From assembly GCA_963829525.1 (NCBI GenBank), contig CAWHIJ010000003.1, forward strand, positions 1,152,001-1,216,000: a stretch of 64,000 nt of DNA. The letters are read 5' to 3'. The notes beneath the pieces are model-generated. The model saw nothing but the letters and a program-made list of their open reading frames with translations. It did no database searches and had not been told where the DNA came from. Numbering within the stretch: the first letter of the stretch is position 1; each line of letters begins with the position of its first letter. Shown here in pieces: positions 61,838 to 64,000 of the stretch. Position numbers and translations under genes: made by a program. Source of the stretch: an uncultured Actinomycetota bacterium (GTDB taxonomy: Bacteria > Actinomycetota > Actinomycetes > JAHEKZ01).

Positions 61838-63370
61838 ATGACCACGCTCACGAGACGCCGACTCTTCGGCCTTGCTGCAGCTGGAGCAGGTGGCCTAGCC
61901 GTGAGTTCGGCGGGCGGAACCCCGGCCGCTGCAGCAGAGGCAGGCAGCGGGGCGGACTTCGTCCCGGCAGACCTCAACATTCACCTACTACGCCGAGCGA
62001 CCTTCGGTCCGACACCCGCCATGGTGTCGGCTATCACGAAGCAGGGGCGGCGGGCTTGGCTCGACAAGCAGCTGGCGCCGAGCACCATCGACGACTCCAC
62101 CTGCAGTGCCCTCATCAAGGACCGGTTTCCGCGGGTGAACTGGACGATCCCCGAGGCGCGGGATGGCCTCGAGCCGTTCTCCTGGGACCTCATGTACGAC
62201 CTCGCCTCGGCGACGATCGCGCGCGCGGCTTGGAGCAAGCGACAGCTCTTCGAAGTTGTGGTCGATTTCTGGTCGAACCACCTCAACGTCACGAATCCCA
62301 GCGACAGGGTGTGGGACAACCGCCAGGACTACGACCGTCAGGTGATCCGCAAGCACGCATTTGGTCGCTTCGAGGACATGCTGATCGCTAGCGCCACCCA
62401 CCCAGCGATGCTGCTCTACCTGAACAACGCAGACTCGACGAAGGACAACCCAAACGAGAACTACGGACGCGAGTTGTTGGAGCTGCATACCGTTAGCGTC
62501 GATGGGGGATACAACGAGCAGGACATGCGCAACTCGACGCTGGTCATGACCGGCTTCGGCATCAACTGGGAGCGTGGAACCTTCCGCTACACCGGAAGCG
62601 AGCACTATCGAGGACCGGTCAGCATCATGGGCTTCACCGACCCCAACCCGGCCGCTAACGGGTATGACGTGGGGATCAGGTACCTCAAGTACCTGGCCAA
62701 CCATCCGTCGACAGCGCACCACATCGCGTTCAAGCTCTGCCAGAGGTTCGTGTCCGACACGCCGAATCCGGTTCTGGTCGACCGGCTTGCCAGCACATAT
62801 CTCAGCCGAGGGACCGCGATCGTTCCCGTCCTGCGGCAGCTCTTCCTCAGCCAGGAGTTCGCGGGCTCGGTGGGAGAAAAGGTCCGCCGTCCCTTCGAGG
62901 ACCTCCTGGCCACCTTGCGCGTGCTCGGCTACGGCCCGGACCGTAAGGGGCGGCAAGGGATGCAGGCGCTGGTCTGGATCTCGGACAGCCTGGGACAGCA
63001 GCCCCTCGCCTGGAACCCCCCGGACGGGTACCCCGACACCGCCATCGACTGGCAGTCCGCCGGGGGGACGCTCGGGCGCTGGAACACGCACCTCTCCCTC
63101 GCAGCGCACTGGTGGCCTGACGAGCTCACCCAGCCGGAGCTGCGCACACTGCTTCCTACGCGACTGCCGAGGACGTATGGCGCCATGGTGGATGCTCTAG
63201 CTGAGCGGCTCGTCTTCCGCCGGCTGGCTCCAGAGCACCGGCAGGCAGTTCTTACCTTCCTCGGCCATCTCGGAACTGATCGGTTGAGGAGCGACAGCGA
63301 GGCAGTGGGTTGGCGGCTGCCGTACGTCGTGGCACTCATACTCGACTCTCCGTACCACGCGGTCAGGTGA
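61838..63370 (+). CDS. Tat-exported DUF1800 protein
   Basis: TRRRLF, HLLRRATFG, FWSNH, PNENYGRELLELHT. Confidence 0.9.
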   Translation: MTTLTRRRLFGLAAAGAGGLAVSSAGGTPAAAAEAGSGADFVPADLNIHLLRRATFGPTPAMVSAITKQGRRAWLDKQLAPSTIDDSTCSALIKDRFPRVNWTIPEARDGLEPFSWDLMYDLASATIARAAWSKRQLFEVVVDFWSNHLNVTNPSDRVWDNRQDYDRQVIRKHAFGRFEDMLIASATHPAMLLYLNNADSTKDNPNENYGRELLELHTVSVDGGYNEQDMRNSTLVMTGFGINWERGTFRYTGSEHYRGPVSIMGFTDPNPAANGYDVGIRYLKYLANHPSTAHHIAFKLCQRFVSDTPNPVLVDRLASTYLSRGTAIVPVLRQLFLSQEFAGSVGEKVRRPFEDLLATLRVLGYGPDRKGRQGMQALVWISDSLGQQPLAWNPPDGYPDTAIDWQSAGGTLGRWNTHLSLAAHWWPDELTQPELRTLLPTRLPRTYGAMVDALAERLVFRRLAPEHRQAVLTFLGHLGTDRLRSDSEAVGWRLPYVVALILDSPYHAVR

Positions 63371-64000
63371 TGACGATGACGACGTCAGCTCAAGGATGCG
63401 GGTGCCCCGACTACGGAATGTCTCGACGAGCCTTTCTGGGACGTCTCGGCGCGGTGGGAGCGCTCGCCGGGCTCACCTCCACAGGGCTCTCCACCCAGAT
63501 GGCGTTCGCTGCCGAGCCGTACACCGGTGACGTGCTTGTCGTGCTGTCGCTGCGCGGCGGCTTCGACGGCCTCAACACGATCGTGCCAACGGGAGATCGG
63601 CGATATGCCGAGGTTCGGCCATCGATAGGGATCCCGCAGAACGCCCTGCTACCACTGGACCCGATGTTCGGGATTCACCCGGCCATGCAGCCGTTGATGC
63701 CTTGGTGGGAGTCGGGGACGTTTGGTGCCGTGCAGGCTGTTGGCATGACCAACCAGACCCGCTCGCACTTCGAGGCAATGGAGGAGATGGAACGTGCAGC
63801 GCCTGGATCGTCGGTGCGCTCGGGGTGGTTGGACCGGACTCTGGGACTCCGCGACGCCGGATCGGCATTTCAGGCGGTACAGATGGGCAGCAGCCTTCCA
63901 GCGTCTGCCTTCCGCGGGCCGTCGCCAGAGCTGGCCATGTGGTCGCTCAAGGACTTCGAACTCTCCGGTGCCTGGGACCTGCCCGAGCGGCAACGCTGGA
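63370..64000 (+). CDS. Tat-exported DUF1501 protein (partial, runs off window)
   Basis: Manual translation SRRAFL, VVLSLRGGFDGL, RSHFEA, SGWLDR. Confidence 0.88.
   Translation, partial: MTMTTSAQGCGCPDYGMSRRAFLGRLGAVGALAGLTSTGLSTQMAFAAEPYTGDVLVVLSLRGGFDGLNTIVPTGDRRYAEVRPSIGIPQNALLPLDPMFGIHPAMQPLMPWWESGTFGAVQAVGMTNQTRSHFEAMEEMERAAPGSSVRSGWLDRTLGLRDAGSAFQAVQMGSSLPASAFRGPSPELAMWSLKDFELSGAWDLPERQRW

Overview
High-GC actinobacterial DNA. About 58 kb of accessory stress and energy genes end at a core block (ssb-ettA-thioesterase-hypothetical, then DUF1800/DUF1501). Left to right: hypFCDE converging on a group 3b [NiFe]-hydrogenase operon with a Phd/RelE toxin-antitoxin pair between them; a general-stress cluster with several SigF/SigB-type promoters (split NHEJ ligase, Ku and polymerase, YihY, PhoD, DUF1206, DUF3618 operon); kdpFABCDE with an extra upstream peptide; aldehyde dehydrogenase-DUF779; a cytochrome-free ActB/ActC-like Fe-S plus NrfD-family module; a multicopper oxidase operon; a Grx-TrxB fusion; and oxidative pentose phosphate genes with a GH15 hydrolase. 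The most interesting item is the Fe-S/NrfD module. It flanks a two-component system bracketed by two inverted, homologous 71-bp promoter-like elements, one facing the module and one facing a lipoprotein gene. About 13 single-base frameshifts without in-frame stops look like long-read errors. I saw no rRNA, tRNA, CRISPR or transposase. All family calls come from motif recognition by eye, not from database searches.
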